A stretch of 64,000 nt of DNA from the NCBI GenBank assembly GCA_001600815.1, contig BCKZ01000016.1:175077-239076 (forward strand). The letters run 5' to 3'. The position numbers and the translations under genes were made by a program. Of the stretch, positions 1-11,607 are shown one piece after another (position 1 is the stretch's first letter; the number at the start of each line of letters is the position of its first letter). The stretch is from Alloascoidea hylecoeti (Eukaryota). Under the pieces are notes generated by a model, which worked only from the letters and a program-made list of their open reading frames with translations, was not told the DNA's origin and made no database searches.

Positions 1-1038
1 TTGATAACTTGGATCATTTACAGGTTTTGTAGATTTTAGATCTGAATACACGGTACTTTCGCTACCATCGTCAGTTGACTTAGATTTTAAAAAAATTGTG
101 TTTTGTGGATCGTCTTTCAATTCAGCAGTCATATTCACTTGTAATATTGGTGCTGCCGTTGTATAAATGTCATCAGATGAATATTCATCCTCATAAACAT
201 CATTTGAAAAGGTTCCTCCTTCCCCCATGGCCTTTAAAGATTCATAATCTAAAAACATACTAGTGCTCGGGTCCGATGGCTTGGTGGTATTTGGAACGTT
301 AGTGGTAGTTGATTCATTTGACATAGTAAACGAATAGGGTGTGTCGTATGCTTCCGAAGAACCAGAATCCCAATGATTATTAGATACGATCTTATTTTCA
401 TATGTTTCTTTTCCCCTTCCAGTTTTCAGTTGAGATTTGTCAGGGCTGCTAATTGTTAAAGATCCCCTATTGGATGCAGATTCGTCTATTGTCTCCGGAA
501 TTGATAATGAAGATACAAAATCTTGATTTGATTCATTTTTTCTGTAATATTGTAGCTTTTGATTTATATCTATAATTTCTGTTACCGGTTTAGAGGGAGT
601 GAGATCATAAGGCTTCGAATTTTGAGGAATGAATACTTCCTTATATGACTCTGAGCAATCCCAGTCGTGATCTGTTTCCGAGTTAGATGAAGTGTGTATG
701 TGGTTCATGATGGGATTTTTAAATCCGTCAGCGGCGATTGCATTTATTCCGGTTGTATCATTAGAACTCGACTGTGGCGATGCGGAAGATGTATAGAACC
801 TAGTAGATTGATTAGATTCGTTTAACACATGATCATCATCAATCCTCACAAAGCTTCTGGGAAACAATCCTGACAATATATTTCCATTTTTGTCCGTATA
901 TTCACCATAATACCATTCGTCATCTTCAATGTTTGTTACTAAAATGATTTGATTTTCAGGAAATTCCAGATCATCCAGATCACCGGAGATATATTCAAAT
1001 AATGCTTTCACTCTGAAAGGAGGGTTTAGATTTGCCAT
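1..1038 (-). CDS. BBC1: SH3-domain actin-patch protein (Bbc1/Mti1-like), 5' part; runs off the window start
   Basis: Not in ORF track. ATG at 1038 gives MANLNPPFRVKALFEYISGDLDDLEFPENQIILVTNIEDDEWYYGEYTDKNGNILSGLFPRSFVRI, an N-terminal SH3 domain, followed by Ser/Asp-rich low complexity. Confidence 0.75.
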   Translation of the reverse strand, partial: MANLNPPFRVKALFEYISGDLDDLEFPENQIILVTNIEDDEWYYGEYTDKNGNILSGLFPRSFVRIDDDHVLNESNQSTRFYTSSASPQSSSNDTTGINAIAADGFKNPIMNHIHTSSNSETDHDWDCSESYKEVFIPQNSKPYDLTPSKPVTEIIDINQKLQYYRKNESNQDFVSSLSIPETIDESASNRGSLTISSPDKSQLKTGRGKETYENKIVSNNHWDSGSSEAYDTPYSFTMSNESTTTNVPNTTKPSDPSTSMFLDYESLKAMGEGGTFSNDVYEDEYSSDDIYTTAAPILQVNMTAELKDDPQNTIFLKSKSTDDGSESTVYSDLKSTKPVNDPSYQ

Positions 1039-1939
1039 AATTGGAAGCACTAAGCAGTTGAATCATAGCTGTGGATGACAATGCAAAGAAGACTATATGG
1101 ATCTGGGTTTTTTTTAATACTTGTTACCCTCCAATCCTGCAGAAACAGGCATCTCTTCTATACGGCCATAACTACATCTAGTCTGTTTCATCTAGTGACC
1201 AACATCTACAGGAAGTTGTAATCAATAAACATATAGATTGTACTGCCTTAGACTATTTATGCCATCCCAAGTTATACCTGATAGCTGTATTTCATTTGAT
1301 AGTAAACTTCATTTGGTACCATAAAATATTCATGCTGCGCCTACAAGGAGGATTAGCCTAGCCAATGTGGTAGTCATGGACTAATGGCTGTGTAAACATG
1401 ACTAAAATATATATTAAGCTAATAATAGAATGGAATTTGATCGTAGAAAAGCTACCATCAACATTGTACTCACATTGTTTTTCTTGGTTTAACATGACAC
1501 ACATACGATTCAATATATCTAAGCTCAAGCTTTTTGAGAGGCTGATAGTACAGTATGTATAAGAAAGTTAGAAACTCTATCGTAGATGAAATTAATAAAT
1601 ATAACATTCTAATCAACAAAGTAGCGAGTTAGTCTCGTATAGATTTTGTGGTCAAATGAAAGTAGATATACCAGTATGCTTGATTCGCCAATAAATAGGA
1701 AATGGTTAGAATATATAGAGGAGATTTTCCCTTCTTAATGGTCAATCAATCTATTATTTAAGTCTTTAATTTTAGATAATATTAATATTATTGTTTTAAA
1801 ATTATTTCAATTATACTCTTCACTACAAATTATCATGTCTAATATAAGGTGAATAATTGCTTACAAATAGTATATTCATCAGAAATCAGCACCAGAGCTG
1901 GAAGAGCTCAAGGACCGTATGTTTGTTTCTTTAGACAGC

Positions 1940-2720
1940 ACTCCGAAAAAGAAATTGCAATCAACCAAGTGGATTGAAATATGTTATCTGATAAAACATG
2001 GGTTCTCAATTGCCGAAATAGGTAGAAGGTTTAATATTGCGTTTACAACTATGCATTTCAATGAAATACACCAACTCTAAATAACACCCCCTCGAACAAA
2101 AGACCCCAAAAATACTTTCTGAAAGTGCTTTAAATCAGATTCTGAGTATTATATAAGCTTCCTCTTGAATACGTTTGAAAAGCTTACTTTCAAAGTTCAA
2201 GATTAGAAAACCAAAGACCGTATAAGAACCTTTATGTAAAAACATAGATATTGAACAATTTGACTTATGAAGGATTTTTTTCTGGACGAGAAGAAATGAA
2301 GAAATATGCATAGAAAGAAGTGATCTAAAGATACATTGAAGTGGTCTCAGGATATTTGGGGGGATGATGTTTAATTCAGTTACCAATGTACTGTATCTGG
2401 ATCAGGAAAGGTATGCATATATAAGTAACTTATATGTTCGACAATTTTCAGGCCAAGCCTTTGAGCAAAAAATTACATGGAGACAGAAGAATCTGTGACA
2501 TTAAAATTGGGGTCTAAGCTTTATCATATGATGTAGATATAAGATTATAATTCCTGGCTGAATAGTACTGGACAATGATCTTCTGTAGAATAAATAAGCT
2601 TAAGTTCTTGAAGAGAACACATTTGGATAATGGAAAATGTAGTTCAAATTAGTGGACGTTTCTTCAAATTCCCGCTGTAGCTTGAATTCTCTTTAGTTTG
2701 CTAATTAAAAAGGTCAGACT
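1940..2720 (+). mobile_element. Decayed Tc1/mariner transposase relic (copy A)
   Basis: HTH-like KWIEICYLIKHGFSIAEIGRRFNIAFTT then RPKILSESALNQIL, broken by stops and frameshifts. Segments ~1980-2040 and ~2565-2720 are homologous to ~3995-4055 and ~4120-4440. Confidence 0.6.
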
Positions 2721-3043
2721 TGAAACCGAGATGAAATATCTCTTATTGATGGAGGCACATTCTTTGCATAATTTACCATTTCTACGATTTCATCAATTTT
2801 GAGAATAGGTGTACAGTTTTGGGAATACTCTCACGTCTAAATTTCCTAATGTAGCTCTAGAAGATGGCACATTTATGAAGTAACGCGAATGGACTCACAT
2901 GCAGCAGATCTTAATGCAGATGAGCACTCTTCTCGATGCATACTATTTATATATATTGATACAAGGGGAAATTCTCCAGGAAATATTACTAAATATAATA
3001 TAAAGCACGTTTCCAACTTGCCTAAACATCACTGGAGACAATT

Positions 3044-3600
3044 CTAGTAGTTAATGTGCCCTTCTTTTGCTTCTACAACTAGTTTTAGTCACTTTGGTAT
3101 TAATATGTGCGATGGGTATAAGCTGTCAAGAAGTAATTGATCACTGACTCCATAACTCTGGCGATGCTTCTGAAAGGCCATCCTATATCTTATGATACCA
3201 CCTTTCATTATAAATGGCTTTTGGTGCTTGCTCCTAGATTAATTTTGAACTTACGCTGGATGCATGGGTTTCAATGGGATTTAGGAGCTCGTAGGCCAAC
3301 ATCATAATTGTTCTACTTGGAGTATTTTCCTGTAGAAAAATACCACCTTCAAAAGCTTGAATAAAAATTATTTCTACCCGTCATAATGCTTCTCTGTTAT
3401 ACACCTCTAATTTAGTTTTTCTTTAAAACTCCCTCGTAACAGATGGATATCTTGTGTTTTTCGTCAAACCTTTTTGTAATTATTAGACCACTACAATCTC
3501 TCGAACTTTGGTGGCCTGTCACTTGATCTTGCGTACTACAGTGTAAGATGTTTTGTAATGAATGTAGATGCGTCTCGTGATATTCTGAGGGACACTTACA
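3044..3600 (-). mobile_element. Decayed, internally deleted Tc1/mariner transposase relic (copy B)
   Basis: Minus strand gives GGIFLQENTP (cf. FQQDNAP), LLNPIETH (cf. DLNPIENLW) and C-terminal LKLVVEAKEGHINY* (cf. AVIxAKGGHTKY*), stop at 3044-3046. Confidence 0.7.
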
Positions 3601-3959
3601 ATCCTTCCACTTTTAGAAAATAAACAGGATATTACATTTACTCTGTTGTAAGCCGCATTCATATCTATTTAACATAATGCACTACATATCATCACATCAT
3701 TTGAGGCTCATTTAAAAAGATTGCTAGTTTAGTATAATTTTATAACATTATAAACGTTAACAAATAAACATATAACTTACATTATATCTTATTATCTGGT
3801 CTTAATCTCAAATGTTTCAAAAAAGGTCAAAACTGACTAAGGTTTCGATGAGATATTCTCAAACAAAGTTTTATCAACAGGTTTACGCGTTGAGAGTGAG
3901 ACCAAAACAGTCGGAAACATTAGCCTAGCCAGCGCACCAGTTAAGCAAGATTTCATTCT

Positions 3960-4440
3960 GAAAAGAAAATCCAACTAGCAGATTGAAATTGAAATAAGTT
4001 ATCTGACCAAACATGGGGTTTCTATGGCCGAAATAGGAAGAAGGCTTAATACTAATCCCCCAAATGTCACTGTAAATAAATACATCAACGTTCACAACTC
4101 TTGGTGCTGAAGAAAGGGGATACTGGACTTTAACAATCATCTTCTCTGGAATAAATAAGTTCTTGACCAGCATTTGGTCTGGAAAATAGAAAATATAGTT
4201 CAAATCTGTGGATGTCTCTTCAAATTCCTGCTTTGGCTTGGATTCTCTTTGATACAGTCTTCATTATTAAGTTCAAACTAGCAGACTTTTACTCCAATTT
4301 ACATACAATTTACAATACTAAAGTTTAAGTGTGCAGAACTATAAATATTGAATCGCTTAAACTGGGACTTTCTTACCCCAACGCTTGATTTTTTTGTGGA
4401 GTTGTGTTTAGTGTACCATTTCAGACTTGAAGCCGAAGTG
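3960..4440 (+). mobile_element. Decayed Tc1/mariner relic (copy C), paralogous to copy A
   Basis: gttatctgaccaaacatggggtttctatggccgaaataggaagaagg matches gttatctgataaaacatgggttctcaattgccgaaataggtagaagg near 1983; tcagacttgaa occurs in both copies. Confidence 0.6.
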
Positions 4441-5920
4441 ATTACAAAAAACTACAAAGATATTATAATTTGAAATATAATTTAGTACCATACCTGGAAT
4501 ACATGTATTGGTATTTCGTATCTATTGCTTTTCAACTACAACTGCTAGAGTAGGCGGTTACAACTGCAGTTTAGAGGCAATAGATTTAATGATCGTTTTA
4601 GGTTTCGCTAATTCCTATTTCAACTCAATTCAAGCAACAGCCATCTCCTTAGAATGCATAAATCACCAGTCGAAAAGTATGGCACCAGAAAGGCAAACAT
4701 CATCAAGACAGTCGTTAGAGAAGGATATGACGGTAAAAAAACATCATTTCAGGCTTTTATGATCATTTTGATGTAATGTGAGGGGGTCCTTGAAACAATT
4801 GGTAAGATATGAAGCATCGTTCAAAAAAGAAGGTATAGCTGAGAATAGATGTGGATTTTATCACTAACATAATAAATTGTGTGATATGTCATGTCTTATT
4901 CAACACAATGTACTTAAAATTACCCTCAGTTACATATATGGTCATTCTATTACTCATATAAATAATATCACCATTAGGTAAATATATTTTGTTACTCTGT
5001 ATGAGTATGGGAATGTTATCAAAAAGATAACAATATAAAACCATGGTATATGGTACTTCTGCAGAATTTGGAATGTCATATACTAATCCAAGTTTAAGGA
5101 ATATTCTGTAATAACCAAAAAGGATTAATATTATACAAGCTGTTTACGAATACTTCACTAATTCCAATTTCATTGATTTATTTTTATAATTATAACATAC
5201 GTAGTATAAATTTTGCATCGTGATATAGCTACCTTAATTAATATTATGGATTACAAACAACTAATATTAATATATAAATCTTATATACCTTAGCTAAACA
5301 AAATCAAGAATTTTTTTATATAGATATATAAACGAAGGAATATAATAATACTGCAATATAGTGAAATAAAATAGAATAGAATAATATAAAGGAAATAATA
5401 ATTTGTCGAATATTAATAACGATAATATAATAATGAAATAGCAACGATAATAATAATAATGAAATAGCAATGATAATAAGCCAAAAAATAATAGATATCA
5501 GATATTAAATATTAATGAAATCAATAAATTAATAATTTATAATAAATATAGCAACATTTTCAAAAGACAAGACAAAAAAAAGTAAAGTAATATTAATCAA
5601 TATTGAAAAAAGGAAATTAAAAATTAAAGAAGAAATTAAAATGAAATTAAAACAAAAAGAAAATAAAAGAGAATAGAAGAAAATAGAAGAAAAATACATT
5701 AGGTATCATATTCATAAATTTAAATATAATTATAATGAAAATAATTTAGAAAGAAGAAATCGGTTAAGGTTATATCTTACTTGTTGAAATATATAGGAAA
5801 GATTATAATCCTAAGACAACGTTTTATTAACATTATCATGAATCATGCATCATCATAATTGTAAAAGAAATAATAATAGTACAATATAATAAAATTTAAA
5901 AATTTGATTTTATTTGAATG

Positions 5921-5965
5921 TGATTTTGATTTTGATTTTGATTTTGATTTTGATTTTGATTTTGA
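5921..5965. repeat. (TGATTT)n hexamer microsatellite
   Basis: About 7 direct copies. Confidence 0.9.
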
Positions 5966-6089
5966 ACGAGTTAATTATGATATTTGAACAAGTTAATTAT
6001 TATGATATTTAAACAATTAATTTTATAAAAATTTGTGATTTTATGTGATATGTGATTTGTAATTTTAATTTAATAATTTATTTGATTTA

Positions 6090-7586
6090 TCAATCCGTTT
6101 TAGATTGTCCAGATTTAACAGAATAGCCATAAGCTTCTTCATATGGAATCTGTGGAGGGAAAGGAACAGGGTATTGCATCGGAACTTGAGGAATTCCATG
6201 AACATGACCATTACCATTAACATTCCCAACAATAGAAACAGGGATATTTGTTGTATATTGAGGATACATCATTCCATTATTATTTAAATTATTATTTATA
6301 TTTCCATTTCCATTTCCATTTCCATTTCCATTTATGTTTATATTTGTATTTCCATTTGGATTTGGATTTGGATTTGCATATAAATTATTTGTTGTATTAG
6401 TGGTATGCATATAATTATTATCTTGATATGGTAAATAAGCTTGAATAGATGGTTGAAAAGGATGTAATTGTTGTTGTTGAGGATATGATGATAATTGTTG
6501 TGATGACAAATTAACAGGAGTTTTTGGAGTTAATTGTTGATATTGATTCATACTTGTAATTTTTGGAGTTGTTATATTATTTTGAGTATTTTGAGTATTT
6601 TGAGTATTTTGAGTATTTTGGATATTATTTTCATTATCAGATTCAGAATCGGATTCGGATTCAGAATTTGAGATTGGATTTGATTTATCAATTGAATTTT
6701 GATTTTGATTTGGGATTGAATTTGAAGATTGAGTATTTTGTAAATTTAATATTGATTGGTGACCAGATGCAGAATTAGTTGATAATGTGATTGGAACTTG
6801 TTGTAAATGGTTAGTATGCACTGGATAAAACTTGTTATAATGAACAGCAATTGGAGTTACTATTGGTGGTTGCTGCATATTTACATGAGCATGAGTATTC
6901 GGAGGGGGGTTTGGAAGAGGTAATTGATTTGGTTGACGAGCCCTTGATTTTGTATGAGGGCCGGGAGTATCAACATTCAAACGGAAATCAACAATGGAAT
7001 CATCGAAAGATGAAGAAGATGACAAACCTGCTTCCTTCACAGCATTACATAGATCCGCACTCAATTTAATATGACCGAAGTTTGGGTTTTGAGAAGGTTG
7101 GATCAATTTGCCACTTTGAACATCCTCAGCAGTGTAGTAAGAAACCAAATGGATTGTTTCTTCTTCAGGAGTTGCAACAGTTATTGATAAGGTTTTTTTA
7201 ATCAGACCGTTTTCTTTAAAAGCGTAAGAAGTGACCAAAGACCCCACAAGAGCTCTATTTGGATTTACGGATGAAGGAGTTGACTGTAGATCTCTTTTCC
7301 TTTTCAGAGTATTTTTATCCAGCTCTCGATAAACCAGGAACCTCCCCAGGATTCTTGAAGGAGACCAACAAACCCCATCTGTCCATCGTTTTATGGCGGA
7401 CTTCTCTTCGGAAAAGATGAAGATGTTTCCGGATTTGATGAGATCCGGCCGTTCGCGATCATGAGGTCTACGCTGAACAGCAGGGATTTCCCCATCGATG
7501 GAAGCTTGAATCAGCAATAGAGCTTCCTTTGTGGATCCAACAAATCCAAAAAAACTCCGTTCCAATCTCGCGTTTCGGCCAAACAT
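6090..7586 (-). CDS. WOR1: Gti1/Pac2 (WOPR) transcription factor, Wor1/Mit1 type
   Basis: RRPHDRER, IKRWTDGVCWSPSRILGRFLVYREL and ALVGSLVTSYAFKENGLIKKTLS motifs; N/Q-rich C-terminus. ATG at 7586 (the track starts at an upstream TTG). Confidence 0.85.
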   Translation of the reverse strand: MFGRNARLERSFFGFVGSTKEALLLIQASIDGEIPAVQRRPHDRERPDLIKSGNIFIFSEEKSAIKRWTDGVCWSPSRILGRFLVYRELDKNTLKRKRDLQSTPSSVNPNRALVGSLVTSYAFKENGLIKKTLSITVATPEEETIHLVSYYTAEDVQSGKLIQPSQNPNFGHIKLSADLCNAVKEAGLSSSSSFDDSIVDFRLNVDTPGPHTKSRARQPNQLPLPNPPPNTHAHVNMQQPPIVTPIAVHYNKFYPVHTNHLQQVPITLSTNSASGHQSILNLQNTQSSNSIPNQNQNSIDKSNPISNSESESDSESDNENNIQNTQNTQNTQNTQNNITTPKITSMNQYQQLTPKTPVNLSSQQLSSYPQQQQLHPFQPSIQAYLPYQDNNYMHTTNTTNNLYANPNPNPNGNTNININGNGNGNGNGNINNNLNNNGMMYPQYTTNIPVSIVGNVNGNGHVHGIPQVPMQYPVPFPPQIPYEEAYGYSVKSGQSKTD

Positions 7587-7999
7587 CAAAAAAGTGTCAC
7601 AAAATTTAAAATTTAAACTTTTGGATTTTGAATTCTGAAACTTAAAAAAAGGAGGGAAACTTTTTTAATGTGATTTTTAGCAGAGCTTAACAAAGTTTGG
7701 TTTGCAAAGTTAATTAGTAAATTAAGCCAAACGGTTTATTCTTTGACTGACGCTCATGCACCACTGCAGCCCCGGGCTCCTCCGGTCCATACACCCGTGC
7801 ACCCCTGTGGCAGCCATCTCCAAGAAGTGCCTATTATTAATAATGTAAATGGCCGAAAGCAAGGAAACGGTTGCACATCAGTTACCCCGAAAAGTGGGGT
7901 TTTTGCCATTTTTTTCTTAAAACCTCTAATTTGTAGATATGTACGGAAATTTGCCAGCAGCCTTCCTGGGATAACGACTCCTAGACCGGAATTTAGTGA

Positions 8000-8063
8000 T
8001 ATTCACATTCACATTTACATTCACATTTACATTCACATTTACATTCATATTCATATTCACATT
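8000..8063. repeat. (ATTCAC/ATTTAC)n hexamer repeat in the AOX 3' region
   Basis: About 10 imperfect copies. Confidence 0.9.
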
Positions 8064-8085
8064 CAGCAATCTATATTCATGTTCA

Positions 8086-9132
8086 TTACAATGAGATATC
8101 ATTTCTTTCCCATCCAGTCCCCTTTTGTGTTGATAGATCCTTCGAAGGTTGTGGTTTCCCATTATCAATTTTAAGCGTAAATGGATTCCTATCAGTTTTT
8201 TGATCCAAATTACCCAAAGTATGATTAACCTCTCTATGTTTAGCTTCATCTGCTCTTACATACATAATCAAATCTCTCATAGTTGGATTTTCTCCCATTT
8301 TCCAATATTCACGGGCAATATCTGGAACTTCTAAATTATCCCATTCTTTTAGTAACCCATTATCAATATCTTCAAGACATCTTGTATATGTAACAATTGC
8401 TTCTTCTTCTAAATATCCAACAAATCTATGACATGTTTTTGGTGATGCCAAGTAACAAATGAAAAATAAATTGAAAAAAACACCCTGTGCTCCTAATAAC
8501 ATTGTTCTCATAAATAATCCAGGATCAGCTAATTTTATAAATGTTAATAAATGCATTCTTTCATTGTAAGCTTCTTCTAATAAAGTTTCCATCCATCCTC
8601 TATCTCTTCTTAAAGCACGTAATGAGTGTAAATGACGTAACATTCCTCCAACCATACCAGGAACACCAGCAATACTTTCTAAAAATATAAATCTTATAAG
8701 CCATTTACGATGACCCATTTGATATTTTGGATTTGATTCTTGTCCTTTTGGCGGATGAATATAACCTGTAAAAAAATCAAAAGAAATTCTAAAAAATCTC
8801 ATCGTTTTAAAAGCAACCTTATCAGATAATGTTTCAACTTCTCGATGCTCCACTTTGATTGATTCCATTTGTTGTCTTGTAAAAATTGGATGAGACCATG
8901 TTGGACTTAAATAGTAGTGATGTTTACTACTGTCTGGTCTCATTAATGAACCATTTGCTTTTTCTTTTATAGCGCTAGCCATTGTTTTTGTATCATCATG
9001 TTGTGATACTGATTTTGTTGTTGAGTCTAAAGTCCCAATACAACGATGTAATTGAATACTTTGTAAAGGAATGCAAGTTCCTTTTACAAAAGATGATAAG
9101 AGAATTTGTTGTGAAATTGGTTTGATAATCAT
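8086..9132 (-). CDS. AOX: Mitochondrial alternative oxidase
   Basis: Di-iron motifs LESIAGVPG, NERMHL, LEEEA, RADEAKH; presequence-like N-terminus. Confidence 0.97.
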   Translation of the reverse strand: MIIKPISQQILLSSFVKGTCIPLQSIQLHRCIGTLDSTTKSVSQHDDTKTMASAIKEKANGSLMRPDSSKHHYYLSPTWSHPIFTRQQMESIKVEHREVETLSDKVAFKTMRFFRISFDFFTGYIHPPKGQESNPKYQMGHRKWLIRFIFLESIAGVPGMVGGMLRHLHSLRALRRDRGWMETLLEEAYNERMHLLTFIKLADPGLFMRTMLLGAQGVFFNLFFICYLASPKTCHRFVGYLEEEAIVTYTRCLEDIDNGLLKEWDNLEVPDIAREYWKMGENPTMRDLIMYVRADEAKHREVNHTLGNLDQKTDRNPFTLKIDNGKPQPSKDLSTQKGTGWERNDISL

Positions 9133-11229
9133 AATTGATTTTTGATATTGTATAAAGTAAAAAAGAGAAAGTAAAAAAACCTATTTATATCAAAAATTTA
9201 GAGTTTATAGAAATATAGATAAAGCAAATTAAATTTGGATGAACCATACGGACAACGGAGTAATACTGATTGGTTATAATTTAAACATATTTAAATGATT
9301 GTTACTATTTAGTAATTACTATTCTAATTCAGGCCTTAGCTTTCAATGCCTTGCTATAGCATCGGACACCGTTATAATGATGTCTCATTAGGTCATCTGC
9401 ATAGAGGTGGCGCATAACGCCACCTTCCCACTAGTGTTATCCAATCAAATCAGTCTCTACCACTTCTGCGAATCCCTTAAGCCGATCAGCCACCTAGATA
9501 TACACACATTATTGGCTACTGAATGTGGCGCCTTGCTGGGATAACAACATCACTATCCCAATTTCATTGTTTACAGAAAAAACAGCGAGTTATCCGATCT
9601 TTAGCAAAAACAGCTATATTTCTGTTTTCAATATAAAATTTGATAAAATAACCAATGACCAAAATCTTAAATATCTATATATTTTACTTTCACATTATTA
9701 ATTGTCCTCTTTACAATTGGTTAAGTCTTTTCATGAGCAATATAGTGGCAAAAATTTAAGCAACTTCTAAAATTAATAAAGTTTATCGGATCCCGAATAT
9801 ATACATGTACACCATTAATTGGGAAAACCGATAATACTATTACTATTATATTATAAGAATATAATGAGCTAATTAGTAATGTTAAGTTGATTTATACTAA
9901 AGTAATTATTTTAATTATCTAGTAGTAGAAATATGGTACATTGTTCCATATATGGTCATAAATCAACCTGAAAGAAAAGAGCGTGCTTAATATAAAAGTT
10001 AATATTACGACTTCGATGCTCTTTTATAGATGATAATGATTGGTTGTATTCCCTATTGATACAACAAATGTACTATCGCTAGCGCTATTATGATTATTCT
10101 TTCTCTGTGATGATAACAATGAAGGACTTGTGCTTTATGTTTTTCAACCTTTTGTTAGATAGCATAAATTATTATAAATTTATATCATTAATTATATAGT
10201 ATTTGCTTTACCTTTAGTTGCAGAATACATATGCATAAACCATATAAGGGAATATAATTTATACTAAGCTAAATTTAAATTTTGCTCACTACTCTTTCTT
10301 TATAAGAATATATACCAGTATGTCCTATAAAAATATAATATTAATACTAATTTATATAACCAAATTTTATTCTTCAACCTTCATATTTTATTTTATTTTT
10401 GGATATAAACTTTTTGATACCTATAATTTGAAATTATTTTTTTTTACTACAATTATTTTTACACTGATCATATATATTATATTTTCGTCTATTGTTTATG
10501 TCTATAGCGATATTCCATATATGCCATGAAACCCACTATTTTTAGGTCATTATATCATCTTATTATTTTGTTTATTCTTTTGGTTCTCTATTATATTTTA
10601 TATGCCTTTGTTTTACAAGTTCTTTTTAGTATTATTTAGTTGTTTTTATCAATTTATAATTATCCTACTTGTCAGAAGATGAAGAGGTTTTTCATTCTAT
10701 AAATGGTTTTTTTCCTCAAATAGTTTCTAGTTAGTCACTAAAGGAACACATCTTAAACCATTGTGAAATTAAGACAAATATATTATAAATATCATGGCAA
10801 TGGTCAACCGAGAAAAAATTTGATTATATTTTAAATATCAATTACAAATGGATATGTTAATGTTCATATATTCAGATTTATTTTTATCGGACATGATATT
10901 ACAAAAATAACAATAAATAGTTTATAATAAAATATTAATAAGTCTGAAAAAAAATATGTAATGAACTTAATTAGTTTTCTCCTGAACGTAGGAATCCACT
11001 CTACACTCTACAGCATGGTGTCTATGGACTCGAATTTGCAATAATACCTCTACTACGAGTCATAGTTTTTGTAAAAGTAAAATTTCTATATATATATTTA
11101 CGAATATATACAATTATTATACATGTATCAGATATCGATATTTTAGTTTATTTGAGTAGTATGTGATTAACAACCGATGAAGAACAGAGTATGTATGTCT
11201 TCCGAGTTTAAAAATTTCCCGAAGGGGAT

Positions 11230-11231
<2 letters not shown>

Positions 11232-11263
<32 letters not shown>

Positions 11264-11385
11264 CAAGTGGCCATTAAGGCTCTATATTAAACTGCTTTTT
11301 CTATAAATACTATAGTTATAACAACCAAAAAATTGTGAAAATAAAAAGACCTATTACTAGGCAAAAATACCTCTTACTAATGTTA
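11232..11385 (-). mobile_element. Very short 5'-truncated LINE copy: 122-nt 3' end plus 32-nt poly(A)
   Basis: 11264-11385 matches 11619-11740 with 3 mismatches; T32 run at 11232-11263 is a poly(A) tail on the minus strand. Confidence 0.7.
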
Positions 11386-11417
11386 GAGGTTTAAAGCAGA
11401 AAAAATAGTTTATCAAA

Positions 11418-11489
11418 TGCCACCTAGCGGAATTGAACCGCCGACCTTTGCATTACAAGTGCAACGCTCTACCACTAAGCTAAGGAGGC
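11418..11489 (-). tRNA. tRNA-Thr(UGU)
   Basis: GCCTCCTTAGCTTAGTGGTAGAGCGTTGCACT-TGT-AATGCAAAGGTCGGCGGTTCAATTCCGCTAGGTGGCA, full cloverleaf; T6 terminator downstream. Confidence 0.96.
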
Positions 11490-11507
11490 ACTTTCGTGGC
11501 CGTTTTA

Positions 11508-11607
11508 NNNNNNNNNNNNNNNNNNNNNNNNNNNNNNNNNNNNNNNNNNNNNNNNNNNNNNNNNNNNNNNNNNNNNNNNNNNNNNNNNNNNNNNNNNNNN
11601 NNNNNNN
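11508..11607. other. Assembly gap (100 N)
   Basis: N run abutting a poly-T tract. Confidence 1.

Noticed and set aside
7743..8334. ORFs 7743-8174, 7926-8249 and 8149-8334
   Set aside because: Overlap AOX or are products of the hexamer repeat (HIHIY/VNVN).
10320..10529. Hydrophobic 69-aa ORF
   Set aside because: Composition follows from extreme AT content; no motif.
11010..11065. tRNA-like fragment (TTCGAGTCC..ACACCA on the minus strand)
   Set aside because: No cloverleaf and the B-box lacks its leading G.
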